Position numbers and translations under genes: made by a program. DNA of 56,330 bases from Planctomycetia bacterium. Its GTDB lineage: Bacteria; Planctomycetota; JAJSAM01; JAJVHW01. The notes below the pieces were generated by a model. The model did not search any database. It was given only the letters and a program-made list of their open reading frames with translations, and was not told where the DNA came from. The stretch is from positions 1-56,330 of the forward strand of contig JANNHP010000127.1 in NCBI GenBank assembly GCA_031404455.1, given 5' to 3'. Positions 20,452 through 29,973 of the stretch are shown here, in pieces; position 1 is the first letter of the stretch, and every line of letters begins with the position of its first letter.

Positions 20452-21467
20452 CTCTTCAGCAGGAAGAACGCCGCGACGGCGGCGATACCAAGGGTCACGA
20501 CGACGATCCCGACGACCTTCGAGAGGCTCGTCCCCCCCTTCGCCGCGAGCGGCGCGAGCGTGCCGATGATCTGCCGCTGGCGGTAGATCTCCGACCACTC
20601 CTTGGGCCCCATGATCCCGCGCTCGACGAAGAGCTGGCCGAGCGACGCGCCCGACTTCCTGTGCTCGGCGAGGACCTCGCGCGCCTGCTGCTGGGTCGCC
20701 TTGCCGAGACGCGCCGCGTGGTCGCAGAGCGCCTCGGCGTAGACGTCCTGCGAGCCGCCCGACCCGGACTCCGCCGACTTCGCGACGAAGAGGCAGTCCA
20801 CGGTGCCGAAGGTGATGGCCTGGTCGCCCGAGACGGGCGTCGCCACGACGAGCGGGTTGCCGTCCACGAACGTGCCGTTGCTGGACTTCATGTCCTCGAC
20901 GACGAAGCGCCCGTTCTCGAAGCGGATCTTCGCGTGCCGCGACGAGATCGACTGGTGCGGCACGACGATCTGCGCCTGCTTCGCGTCGCGCCCGATCACG
21001 ACCTCCATCTCATCGATCGCGACGACGCGCTTGTCGTGCTCGGCGGCGATCACGAGCTTCGGCTGCGCCGCCTTGAAGCGCGCCACGTTGACGAGGATGC
21101 TCTGCATCGCCCCGCCGCCGATCGCGACCGTCTTCTCCGTCGACGCGAAGCCCGGCGCCGACGACTCGCGCGCCGTGTCGAGGATCTCGATGATCGCGGG
21201 CCCCACCTTCAGCTTCTGTCCGGGAACGAGCGGCGTCTCCACGTTCGCCGCGAGCTTCGGGCCGCCGTCGATCGAGCTTCCGTTGGTCGAACCTAGATCG
21301 GCCACCATCACCCGGTCGCCGTCGGGGCGCACGCGCAGGTGTTTCGAGGACACCTCGGTGTCGGCGATGACGATGTCCGCGGGCGGCTTGCGCCCGATCG
21401 TCAGGTCGCGGTCAAGGTCACGCTCCTCCTGGACCGCTCCTCGCAACGTGACCCGCAGCTTCTGCAT
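20448..21467 (-). CDS. Tandem-FHA protein with C-terminal membrane anchor
   Basis: Two canonical FHA domains (TIGRK...VSSKH...LGSTNGS; VIGRD...ISSRHA...KSSNGTF); C-terminal VVGIVVVTLGIAAVAAFFLLKR. ATG 21467 follows CACAAT-N7; alternative start 21476. Confidence 0.87.
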   Translation of the reverse strand: MQKLRVTLRGAVQEERDLDRDLTIGRKPPADIVIADTEVSSKHLRVRPDGDRVMVADLGSTNGSSIDGGPKLAANVETPLVPGQKLKVGPAIIEILDTARESSAPGFASTEKTVAIGGGAMQSILVNVARFKAAQPKLVIAAEHDKRVVAIDEMEVVIGRDAKQAQIVVPHQSISSRHAKIRFENGRFVVEDMKSSNGTFVDGNPLVVATPVSGDQAITFGTVDCLFVAKSAESGSGGSQDVYAEALCDHAARLGKATQQQAREVLAEHRKSGASLGQLFVERGIMGPKEWSEIYRQRQIIGTLAPLAAKGGTSLSKVVGIVVVTLGIAAVAAFFLLKR

Positions 21468-21520
21468 CGCGATCATTGTGGGCAGGTGCGGCGAGAAGCG
21501 GCAAGGCGAAAAGCGAAACG

Positions 21521-23485
21521 ATGTCGGCGTCGGCGTATCCTGCCGCGCGAGTGGGCAAGGCCAAGCTGACCCTGACGGGAGTCGGACCCGAGCCGACGGT
21601 GCTCGATCTCGCGGGCGAAGCCATCGTCGGGCGGTCGATCAAGGCCCAGATCCAGATCGACGGCGACCTCGTCTCGCGCCAGCACGCGCGGTTCTACGAA
21701 GAGGACGGCCGCTGGTACGTCGAGGACCTCGCGAGCAGGAACGGGACCCTGCTGAACGGCGAGAAGGTGAAGACGGCGCTGCTCAAGTCCGGCGACGTCG
21801 TGATGATCGGCTACGGGCGGATCGTGTTCGAGGAGGAGCACCGGGAGAGCAGCTCCTTCGACGTGAGCATCGTGGAGGGGCCCGTCGTCGATTCGCGCTC
21901 GTCGGTGGTCGTCGCCGACGACGAGCCCGACTCGCACAGCGCCACGATGGCCCTCTCGTACAAGGACCTCGTGATGGTCAACCAGCGCATCAGCACGATC
22001 GTGCGCGTCGGCCACCGCATCGCGAACCTCCTCGACCGGAACGAGCTCCTGCGCGAGGTGATGGAGACCTTCTTCGAGCTCTACCCGCAGGCCGACCGCG
22101 GCTGCGTCGTGCTGAAGGACTCGAACGACGTCTTCCGGCTCGCGACGACCTACCAGCGCCAGGGACTCGCCGCGACGACGTCGGTCGTGAACATCTCCAC
22201 GTCGCTGATCGAACTCGTGCGCCGCGAGAAGAAGGCCGTGCTCTCCGCCGACACGCTCCACGACAAGCGGTTCGAGGGCCGCGACTCGATCGTAGGGCAG
22301 GCGAGCCGGTCGATCATGGTGGCGCCGCTGCAGCGCAACGACGAGTTCTTCGGCGTGATCTACCTCGACACGGAGACGCTCGCGCGGCCCTTCAACTCGG
22401 ACGACCTCAACCTGCTCCAGGGCGTCGCGGGTCCGGTGTCGATCGCTCTGAAGAACGCGGAGCTCGTGACGAGCATCGAGAACGAGGCGCGGATGCGCAC
22501 CAGCCTCTCGCGCTACCTCTCGCCCGACGTCGTGCAGCAGATCGAGGCGGGGACCTTGAAGCCCAACCTCGGCGGCGACCAGGCCGAGGGCACCGTGATG
22601 TTCAGCGACATCGTGGGCTTCACCGCGATGGCGGAGCGCCTCGCGCCGACGGCCGTCGTCGAGCGGCTGAACAGCTACTTCACTCAGATGCTCGAAGCGA
22701 TCTTCGGCTGGGGCGGGACGGTCGACAAGTTCGGCGGCGATGCGATCCTCGCCGTCTGGGGCGCGCCGCTGCCCTCCGCGGAGCACGGCATCGGCGCGGT
22801 CGGCGGATCGCTCGAGATGCACGCGCGGCTCTTCCAGCTCAACCTCGCGCTCGAGGAAGCGGGCGACACGCGCATCCGCATGGCGCTCGGCCTGAACTCG
22901 GGCCGCTTCGTCGCGGGCAACATCGGCGGCGCCGAGCGCATGGAGTGGACCGTGATCGGCGACGCCGTGAACCTCGCCCAGCGTGTCGAGGCCCAGGGCT
23001 TCCCCGGTTGCGTTCTCGTGTCGGAGTCGACGTTCACCCAGATCCCGGCGGCCGGCGCGTACGGGTTCGCGCCCGTCCACGTGAAGAACCGCAAGGAGCC
23101 GGTGAAGATCTACTCCGTGCGCGTCGCGAAGACGCCGCGCGGCGGGATCGCGGCGATCCCGGGTTCCTTGAAGCTCTCCACGGGCTCCGTGGACGCGCTG
23201 ATCGTCCGCGCGTCCCAGACGAAGGAAGGCCGGCAGAAGGCGACGATCTACTTCGCCGGCACGTCGGCGATGGGCGAGGTCGTGGAGTTCACCGCGGCGA
23301 TGCCCGAGAGCCCCGCCGCGGTGACGCTGCGCGGCAAGGTCGTGTCCGGGAGCCCGCTGCTCGAGTGCCGCACCGGACGGAGCGCCGACGTCGAGGTGGA
23401 GACGTCGTCCCCCGAGATGGCGCGCCTGCTCGCGATGGGCGGCGCGGTCGACGCCCCCGTGGCCCTCGAGAAGATCGAGAGATAG
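21521..23485 (+). CDS. FHA-GAF-class III adenylate cyclase
   Basis: FHA (VGRS...VSRQHA...ASRNGT); GAF (RSIMVAPL...GVIYLD...FNSDDLNLL); cyclase FSDIVGFT, DKFGGDA, WTVIGDAVNLAQR. The Lys/Thr pair indicates ATP specificity. Confidence 0.92.
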   Translation: MSASAYPAARVGKAKLTLTGVGPEPTVLDLAGEAIVGRSIKAQIQIDGDLVSRQHARFYEEDGRWYVEDLASRNGTLLNGEKVKTALLKSGDVVMIGYGRIVFEEEHRESSSFDVSIVEGPVVDSRSSVVVADDEPDSHSATMALSYKDLVMVNQRISTIVRVGHRIANLLDRNELLREVMETFFELYPQADRGCVVLKDSNDVFRLATTYQRQGLAATTSVVNISTSLIELVRREKKAVLSADTLHDKRFEGRDSIVGQASRSIMVAPLQRNDEFFGVIYLDTETLARPFNSDDLNLLQGVAGPVSIALKNAELVTSIENEARMRTSLSRYLSPDVVQQIEAGTLKPNLGGDQAEGTVMFSDIVGFTAMAERLAPTAVVERLNSYFTQMLEAIFGWGGTVDKFGGDAILAVWGAPLPSAEHGIGAVGGSLEMHARLFQLNLALEEAGDTRIRMALGLNSGRFVAGNIGGAERMEWTVIGDAVNLAQRVEAQGFPGCVLVSESTFTQIPAAGAYGFAPVHVKNRKEPVKIYSVRVAKTPRGGIAAIPGSLKLSTGSVDALIVRASQTKEGRQKATIYFAGTSAMGEVVEFTAAMPESPAAVTLRGKVVSGSPLLECRTGRSADVEVETSSPEMARLLAMGGAVDAPVALEKIER

Positions 23486-23494
23486 GCGGAACCG

Positions 23495-24253
23495 ATGCGG
23501 ATACGCGTGCTCGGATGCAGCGGCGGCAGCGCGCCCGGACGGGAACCGTCCTGCTACCTGCTCGAGCGCGGCGTCGCTGTCGATGCCGGCGCCCTCGCGT
23601 CCGCGCTCACGATCGACGAGCAGAACGAGATCGGGCACGTGTTCCTCACGCACGCCCACTGGGATCACTGCCGCGACCTGCCGCTGCACGTCATCAATCG
23701 CCGGCCCGAGGCGCCGACGCTGCGCGTCCACTCGATCGAGGAGACGATCCGGTCGCTGCGCACCCACCTCATGAACGACGACGTCTGGTTCCGCGCGTTC
23801 GACCTCCCCTCGGCGGACACGCCGTTCGTCTCGGCGGAGCCGATCGCGCACGGTCAGACCGTCGAGGTCGAGGGCTACCGCGTCACCGCGATGTCGGTGC
23901 CCCACACCGTGCCCGCGGTGAGCTACCACATCGACGACGGGCACGTGTCGGTCGTCATCTCCGCGGACACCGGCGGCGGCGGCGTCTTCCGCGCGGTCCC
24001 GGAAGGTGCCAGCCCGCTGAAGGCCGTGTTCCTCGAGGCCTCGTTCCCGAACCACATGAAGGACTTCGCGGTGATGACCGGCCACCTGACGCCGGAGATG
24101 CTCGCCGAGGAGTGCGCGGGGCTCGCCGACGACGTGGCGGTGCTCGTCACCCACATGAAGCCCGGGTTCGAGACCGTGCTCATGCAGGAGATCGCCGACA
24201 TCGGCCGCCACGGCGTCCGGCCGTGCCGGGACGGCGACGTGTTCGACTTCTGA
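23495..24253 (+). CDS. 3',5'-cyclic-nucleotide phosphodiesterase, class II / metallo-beta-lactamase fold
   Basis: MRIRVLGCSGG...AVDAG...FLTHAHWDH...PHTVP...SADTG...EASFPN...GHLTP...THMKP; lies 9 bp after the cyclase. Confidence 0.85.
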   Translation: MRIRVLGCSGGSAPGREPSCYLLERGVAVDAGALASALTIDEQNEIGHVFLTHAHWDHCRDLPLHVINRRPEAPTLRVHSIEETIRSLRTHLMNDDVWFRAFDLPSADTPFVSAEPIAHGQTVEVEGYRVTAMSVPHTVPAVSYHIDDGHVSVVISADTGGGGVFRAVPEGASPLKAVFLEASFPNHMKDFAVMTGHLTPEMLAEECAGLADDVAVLVTHMKPGFETVLMQEIADIGRHGVRPCRDGDVFDF

Positions 24254-24370
24254 ACGGCCGTCCCGGAGCAGGAGGTCGGCCACGTCGTCTCGGAGTCCTG
24301 AACTCGCGCGCAGGACGCCGCCGCGGATAGCATCCCGCGCCCGTCCACCCCACACGTCGAGGAGTGCGCC

Positions 24371-25294
24371 ATGCTGCTGACCGATCGCGTCCGCGAGATC
24401 CTCTCCTGGTACCCCTCGGACAGCCCGGGCACGAAAGCCTCGCTCGCGCGCTTCCTCATGACGGGCCGCCTCGCGGGCACCGGGAAGCTCGTGATCCTGC
24501 CCGTGGACCAGGGCTTCGAGCACGGTCCCGACCGGAGCTTCGCGCCGAACCCGGCGGGCTACGACCCGAGCTACCACCCCGACCTCGCCGTCGAGGCCGG
24601 GTGCAACGGGTATGCGGCGCCGCTCGGGATGATCGAGGCCGCGGCCGATCGCCATCCCGGCACGCTGCCGCTCATCCTGAAGGCGAACAACTCCGACTCG
24701 CTCGGCGGACCGTCGGACGCCTGGTCGGCGGTGACGGCGTCGGTCGACGAGGCGCTGCGCCTCGGCTGCAGCGGGATCGGTTTCACCATCTACCCCGGCT
24801 CGGACCACAGGAACGACATGTACGGCGAGATCCGCGCGATGACGGAGGAGGCGAAGGCGAAAGGCCTCGCGGTCGTCGTCTGGAGCTACCCGCGCGGCCA
24901 CGGGATCGACAAGGCGGGCGAGACCGCCATCGACGTCGTCGCGTACGCGGCGCACATCGCGGCCCTGCTCGGCGCTCACATCATCAAGGTGAAGCCGCCG
25001 ACGGAGCACGTCGCGGTGGACGCGGCGAAGAAGGCTCTCGAGAAGGCGGGCGTGCCCCTGAAGACGCTCGCCGACCGCATCCGCCACGTCGTCCGCAGCT
25101 CGTTCGGCGGCCGCCGGATCGTCATCTTCTCGGGCGGCGAGGCGAAGGAGACGCCGAAGATCCTCGACGAGATCCGCGGCATCCACCAGGGAGGCGGCTT
25201 CGGCTCGATCGTCGGGCGCAACAGCTTCCAGCGTCCGCGCGCCGAGGGCGTCGCGCTGCTCCGGCAGATCATGGACGTGTATTCCGGGAGTTGA
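24371..25294 (+). CDS. fbaB: Class I fructose-bisphosphate aldolase (DhnA/FbaB family)
   Basis: GKLVILPVDQGFEHGP..SF, IGFTIYPGS, WSYPRG, LGAHIIKVK, IVGRNSFQRP. Confidence 0.92.
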   Translation: MLLTDRVREILSWYPSDSPGTKASLARFLMTGRLAGTGKLVILPVDQGFEHGPDRSFAPNPAGYDPSYHPDLAVEAGCNGYAAPLGMIEAAADRHPGTLPLILKANNSDSLGGPSDAWSAVTASVDEALRLGCSGIGFTIYPGSDHRNDMYGEIRAMTEEAKAKGLAVVVWSYPRGHGIDKAGETAIDVVAYAAHIAALLGAHIIKVKPPTEHVAVDAAKKALEKAGVPLKTLADRIRHVVRSSFGGRRIVIFSGGEAKETPKILDEIRGIHQGGGFGSIVGRNSFQRPRAEGVALLRQIMDVYSGS

Positions 25295-25354
25295 GCCGGG
25301 CGGGTCGGGCGCCGGGATCGTTCGTCCTCGGCCGGCCCAACTCCCGGAATACAC
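25277..25354. repeat. 17-bp perfect inverted repeat overlapping the fbaB 3' end
   Basis: GTGTATTCCGGGAGTTG (25277-25293) / CAACTCCCGGAATACAC (25338-25354). Confidence 0.8.
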
Positions 25355-25503
25355 ATGGATCCGGCCAGGGAACTGGCCAAGCGGGTTGGATGCTCGAGTG
25401 TTGCGGCGAGCGGAAGGAGGCGTGGCGCCCGGCGGGTGTCGCCGGGGATGGGTAGAACGGTCCGCGGACAGGGGCGCCCGTGCCGGTCCGCCGAGGTGCC
25501 GCG

Positions 25504-27159
25504 ATGCCCGTCCTCGAGTTCAAAGGCAAGTCCGCCGTCGTCAACCACCACTACACGGTTCCGCACCACCGCCTGGAACTCGTGTCAGAGCTCTCGTGCC
25601 TCGGCAGGAAGGAGGCGCCCGCGCTCGACGGCAACCTGATCGTCGAGGGCGACAACCTCCTCGCGCTGAAGGCACTCCTCCCCACGCACGCCGGCCGGGT
25701 GAAGTGCGTCTACATCGACCCGCCCTACAACACCGGCAACGAGGGCTGGATCTACAACGACAACCTGACGCAGCCGCAGTTCAAGGAGTGGATCGGGAAG
25801 ACGGTCGGCAAGGAGAGCGAGGACGCGTGCCGCCACGACAAGTGGTGCTGCATGATGTACCCGCGGCTCCAGCTCCTCAGGGAGCTGATGCGCGACGACG
25901 GGGCGATCTTCGTCTCGATCGACGACAACGAACTCCACCACCTCCGTTCGATGATGGACGAAGTGTTCGGCGCCGAGTGTTTCGTGGCCACCGTCTGTTG
26001 GCGCACCCGGAACACCGACAATCGGGTGAAGTCGATGATGTCGGTCGATCACGAGTACGTGGTCGTGTACTCGAGGGCAGGCGGACCGCTTCGAGGCCGG
26101 GTGATCGACCGGTCTGGCTTCTCCAACCCGGATGGTGACTCACGGGCCGACTATGTCACCGATCCGCTCACCGGGAAGGCGACGGCTGCCGAGCGCCCGA
26201 ATCTCCACTTCACGATCACGAACCCGGAAACGGGCGACGCCTTTCCGCCGGATACAGCCCGAGGGTGGATCACTGATCGCGCCGGGATCGACGCCCTCCT
26301 CGAGGACCGGCGAATCTGGTGGCCGCCGAACCCGCTGTCAGGGAAGCCTCGCAAGAAGCGCTTCCTCAGCGAGACGAGCGAACGTATGCCCGCCGGGACT
26401 TTTTGGGCGGACCTCAAGGGACAGTCGGGTGCCGATGAGGTCGACCAGATCCTGGGCGAACGGCTCTTCGCGTTCCCGAAGGCTCTCGAGTTCTTGGAGC
26501 GAGTCATCGACCTGGGAGCCGGGCCCGACGACGTCGTCCTCGACTGCACGGCCGGCTCTGGGACCACGGCGCACGCGGTTCTCGCCGCGAACGCACGGGA
26601 CCGCGGAGCGCGTCGATTCGTGCTCGTCCAGCAACCGCATGACTCGAGGGAAAACGAATCCGCCGGTCTCAACATTTGCAAGGCGATCACGTCGGAGCGA
26701 GTGCGCCGCGTGATCGAGGGCTACGTGCCCGCGACCGCCAAAGGCAAGCCGAAGCACGTCCCCGGTCTCGGCGGCTCCTTCACCTACGCCCGCCTTGGTC
26801 CGCAGCTCCTCACCGACCTGCGCGACTTCGGCGCGACGTACCCGCCCTACGACGAGCTCGCGAAGTACGTCTTCTACACCGAGACGAGCCGCCAGTTCGA
26901 CCCGAACGGCGTCGACCGCGCGACGGGACGGATCGGCACCGTCGGCCGCACCGACTACTTCCTGCTCTACGACGCCGACCCGAAAGTCGACGTCGCTCTC
27001 GACATGGCCTGGCTGAAGAACATCGCCCCGGTGGCGAAGAAGCGCGGGCTCGTCGTCTACTGCGAGAAGTTCTGGTTCCACCGCGACGACCTGACGCTCT
27101 TCGAGAAGGAGAACGCCTGCACGGTCCGGCCGATGCTCGTGCCGTTCCAGCTCAGGTGA
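25504..27159 (+). CDS. mod: Type III restriction-modification methyltransferase (Mod)
   Basis: NLIVEGDNLLALK, YIDPPYNTG, IFVSIDDNE, FPK, VLDCTAGSGTTAHAV (beta-class N6-adenine MTase), adjacent to Res. Confidence 0.9.
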   Translation: MPVLEFKGKSAVVNHHYTVPHHRLELVSELSCLGRKEAPALDGNLIVEGDNLLALKALLPTHAGRVKCVYIDPPYNTGNEGWIYNDNLTQPQFKEWIGKTVGKESEDACRHDKWCCMMYPRLQLLRELMRDDGAIFVSIDDNELHHLRSMMDEVFGAECFVATVCWRTRNTDNRVKSMMSVDHEYVVVYSRAGGPLRGRVIDRSGFSNPDGDSRADYVTDPLTGKATAAERPNLHFTITNPETGDAFPPDTARGWITDRAGIDALLEDRRIWWPPNPLSGKPRKKRFLSETSERMPAGTFWADLKGQSGADEVDQILGERLFAFPKALEFLERVIDLGAGPDDVVLDCTAGSGTTAHAVLAANARDRGARRFVLVQQPHDSRENESAGLNICKAITSERVRRVIEGYVPATAKGKPKHVPGLGGSFTYARLGPQLLTDLRDFGATYPPYDELAKYVFYTETSRQFDPNGVDRATGRIGTVGRTDYFLLYDADPKVDVALDMAWLKNIAPVAKKRGLVVYCEKFWFHRDDLTLFEKENACTVRPMLVPFQLR

Positions 27160-27163
27160 CGAC

Positions 27164-29722
27164 GTGCAACTCAAGCGCTACCAGGAACGGGTCGTCGCCG
27201 AAGTGCGGACGTACCTCCAGGCGTTGTCGACTCACCGGACTTCGACTCCGAAGCACGCCGCGCAGGAGGCATGGGACGAGATCGCCGCGCACCGTCCAGG
27301 GCTCCGCGAGTACCAGCGGCGCAAGGACGGCCTCGGTCGCGACATGCCGTGCGTCTGCGTCAAGGTGCCGACCGGCGGCGGGAAGACGCTTCTCGCGACA
27401 CAGATCCTCGGCGAGATCCACCGCACGCTGCTCCGCGAGCGCAACGGCACCGGCCTCGTCCTCTGGATCGTGCCGAGCGATCAGATCTACAAAGACACGC
27501 TCCGACGCCTCCGCGACCGCCGCGACTTCCATCGCGAATCGCTGGAGCACGCGGTCTCTCGCCGGATCGAAGTGTGGGAGAAGCACGAGATCGCCCGCAT
27601 CACGCCGTCGCAGCTCGCGTCGTGCCTGAACATCCTCGTGCTCATCCTGGCCAGCACGAATCGCGAGACGAAGGACCAGCTACGGTTCTTCCAGGACAGC
27701 GGCGGCAGCATCGTGCAGCACTTCCCGCCCGAGAGCGCTCCCGCGCGGCACAAGGCGCTCCTCGACCGCGTCACCAACCTCGACGCGCTCGCCAACGACC
27801 CGGAGCGCGGCGAGTTCCTGGTGAAGACCTCGGTCGCCAACCTCGTCCGGCTCTGCGAACCGTGTGTCATCCTCGACGAGGGCCACAAGGCGGCGAGCGA
27901 CCTCGCGCGCCGCACCATCGAGGGCATGAACCCGGCGATCGTCGTGGAGTTCTCGGCGACGCCGAACGAGCGCAACAACGTGCTTGTCCGGGTGTCGGGC
28001 AAGGATCTCCTGGACGAGCAGATGATCAAGCTTCCGATCAACGTCTCGCACTCGTCGGCGAAGTCCTGGCAGGAGTGTCTGGCGCTCGCGCACGACCGCC
28101 GCAAGGCGCTCGCGACAACGGCGGACAAGCTCTACCGGACGACCCAGCGCCGCATCCGTCCAATCGTGTTGGTGCAGGTCGAGCGCACCGGCAAGGACCA
28201 GCGCGACTCGGGTTTCGTCCACTCCGAGGACGTGAAGGAACACCTCGTCCAGCGGCTCGCAGTGCCGGAGTCGGCGATCGCGATCAAGAGCTCGGAGAAG
28301 GACGACATCGAGGGAATCGACCTCCTCGACGAGAACTGCGCGATCGAGTGGATCGTCACGAAGGCGGCGCTCCAGGAGGGCTGGGACTGCCCGTTCGCCT
28401 ACATCCTCGTCTCGCTGTCGAACACCGGCGGCAAGACGAGCATGACGCAGCTCGTCGGACGCATCCTGCGGCAGCCCTTCGCCGAGAAGACGCACGTCGG
28501 TGCGCTCGACGAGTCGTACGTCTACTGCCTCCGCAAGCGCGCCGCCGAGGTCACGGGACAGGTGAAGCAGGCGCTGGAACGCGAGGGCTACGAGGACTTC
28601 GTCGGTGCGGTCGTCCAGCACGAGGACGCCGCCGCCGCTGCGCCGAAGAAGACCGCGTCGATGCGCCCGCAGTTCCGCGGGCTGTACGCGCGGAAGTTCG
28701 ACGGAAAGGTCTACCTCCCGCGCTTCTGCGTGCGTCGCCCCGACGGCGGCTTCGAAGCGCTCGACTACTTCGGGCACCTCTTGGCCAAGGTCGACGTCGC
28801 AACCTTCGACTTCGATGCAGCCGACTGGGATCTCTCGGGCGCGCTTCGAGAATCCCAGGACGCCTTCTACCGCATCACTCTGGGCGAGGAGCCGGCGGAG
28901 GCCGAACTGGCGCCGTTCGCGCCGTCGGCGGACACGGACGAGCGCGTCGTCGGCTGGCTCGTCACGCAGGTCGCGGACCCGAGCCTCGGCCACAAGCAGA
29001 CGCGGACGCTCGTGACGATGCTCCTCGACCGGGTGCTCCGGCGGAACGATGCCGTCCGCGGCAAGCTCGCGTGGGTCAAGTTCGCACTGCTCGACCGAGT
29101 CCGGGCGTTCGTCGAGCGCAACGTGGATGCCGCCACCGAACGCGCATTCGCCAGCCTGCACACGGAGAAGCGGCTGCAGTTCTTCCTCGAGTGCCGCGAG
29201 TGCCGGTTCGAGCTTCCGCCGACCGTCGAGGTGCGCGGCCTGCGCAATCTGACCCACGACGACGGGCGGCCGATCCAGCGTTCCCTGTTCGACTTCGTTC
29301 CCGACCAGGAGCTCAACGAACTGGAGAGGGCCGTAGCGTTCTGCCTCGACGAGCATCCGAAGGTCCTCTGGTGGTACCGCAACCTCGTCGGTCCGCAGAA
29401 CTTCGCGATCCAGGGCTTTCGGCGCGACCGGATCTTCCCTGACTTCGTCGTGCAGCAGCAGCACAAGGACCGAGTTCCGGCCGCTCGGGTGCTCGTCATC
29501 GAGAGCAAGGGCGCGCATCTCAAGGGCAACGCGGACACTGCCTACAAGCGAGACGTCGCCGACTACTTCGAGCAGGTCGGCCACCGAGTGACGTGGCAGG
29601 AGTTGGCGAAGGACTTTTCCGACCAGCAGTTCCGCTTCCAAGTCCTCGACGAGGGAGACCACGGCGACGGGGCGTGGCGCGACCGATTGCGCAAGATCCT
29701 GGAAAGCCCGTTCAGGTCCTAG
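27164..29722 (+). CDS. res: Type III restriction endonuclease (Res): SF2 helicase plus PD-(D/E)xK nuclease
   Basis: LKRYQ, VPTGGGKT, ILDEGHK, FSATP, ALQEGWDCPFAYIL, QLVGRILRQP; C-terminal PDFVV...VIESKG. Confidence 0.9.
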   Translation: MQLKRYQERVVAEVRTYLQALSTHRTSTPKHAAQEAWDEIAAHRPGLREYQRRKDGLGRDMPCVCVKVPTGGGKTLLATQILGEIHRTLLRERNGTGLVLWIVPSDQIYKDTLRRLRDRRDFHRESLEHAVSRRIEVWEKHEIARITPSQLASCLNILVLILASTNRETKDQLRFFQDSGGSIVQHFPPESAPARHKALLDRVTNLDALANDPERGEFLVKTSVANLVRLCEPCVILDEGHKAASDLARRTIEGMNPAIVVEFSATPNERNNVLVRVSGKDLLDEQMIKLPINVSHSSAKSWQECLALAHDRRKALATTADKLYRTTQRRIRPIVLVQVERTGKDQRDSGFVHSEDVKEHLVQRLAVPESAIAIKSSEKDDIEGIDLLDENCAIEWIVTKAALQEGWDCPFAYILVSLSNTGGKTSMTQLVGRILRQPFAEKTHVGALDESYVYCLRKRAAEVTGQVKQALEREGYEDFVGAVVQHEDAAAAAPKKTASMRPQFRGLYARKFDGKVYLPRFCVRRPDGGFEALDYFGHLLAKVDVATFDFDAADWDLSGALRESQDAFYRITLGEEPAEAELAPFAPSADTDERVVGWLVTQVADPSLGHKQTRTLVTMLLDRVLRRNDAVRGKLAWVKFALLDRVRAFVERNVDAATERAFASLHTEKRLQFFLECRECRFELPPTVEVRGLRNLTHDDGRPIQRSLFDFVPDQELNELERAVAFCLDEHPKVLWWYRNLVGPQNFAIQGFRRDRIFPDFVVQQQHKDRVPAARVLVIESKGAHLKGNADTAYKRDVADYFEQVGHRVTWQELAKDFSDQQFRFQVLDEGDHGDGAWRDRLRKILESPFRS

Positions 29723-29973
29723 CCATCGAAGCACGTCACGCTATGCCGCGTCGAGGCGCCGTACGAGGGGACGCCCCGCTGTTCGCCGATTCGGCCGAAT
29801 CCCTCCCAGCGAAAGCTGCGAGCGTCAGGACCGTCCCCAGCCTGCGCCAGGCTCGGGCGCGCGGATTTTCGAACCTGGCAGAAAGTTCCGGCCTGCGCTG
29901 TTCATAGTGGGGGCCGGCAGGACTCCCCGCGGGAGCGGGAGTCCGTGCGCCGGGGAAGGAACCTCGAGGGATC

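Noticed and set aside
21467-21521. CRP-type TGTGA-N6-TCACA site in the cluster promoters
   Set aside because: No convincing match was seen, and no CRP-like regulator is in the window.
21521-24253. Cyclase plus MBL hydrolase as a Pycsar/CBASS-type defence system
   Set aside because: The cyclase has adenine-specifying residues and FHA-GAF sensors, the partner looks like a class II PDE, and no TIR or TM effector is adjacent. Proximity to the R-M pair is broken by fbaB.
25504-27159. Phase-variable mod (phasevarion)
   Set aside because: No simple-sequence repeat tract was seen in or upstream of the gene.
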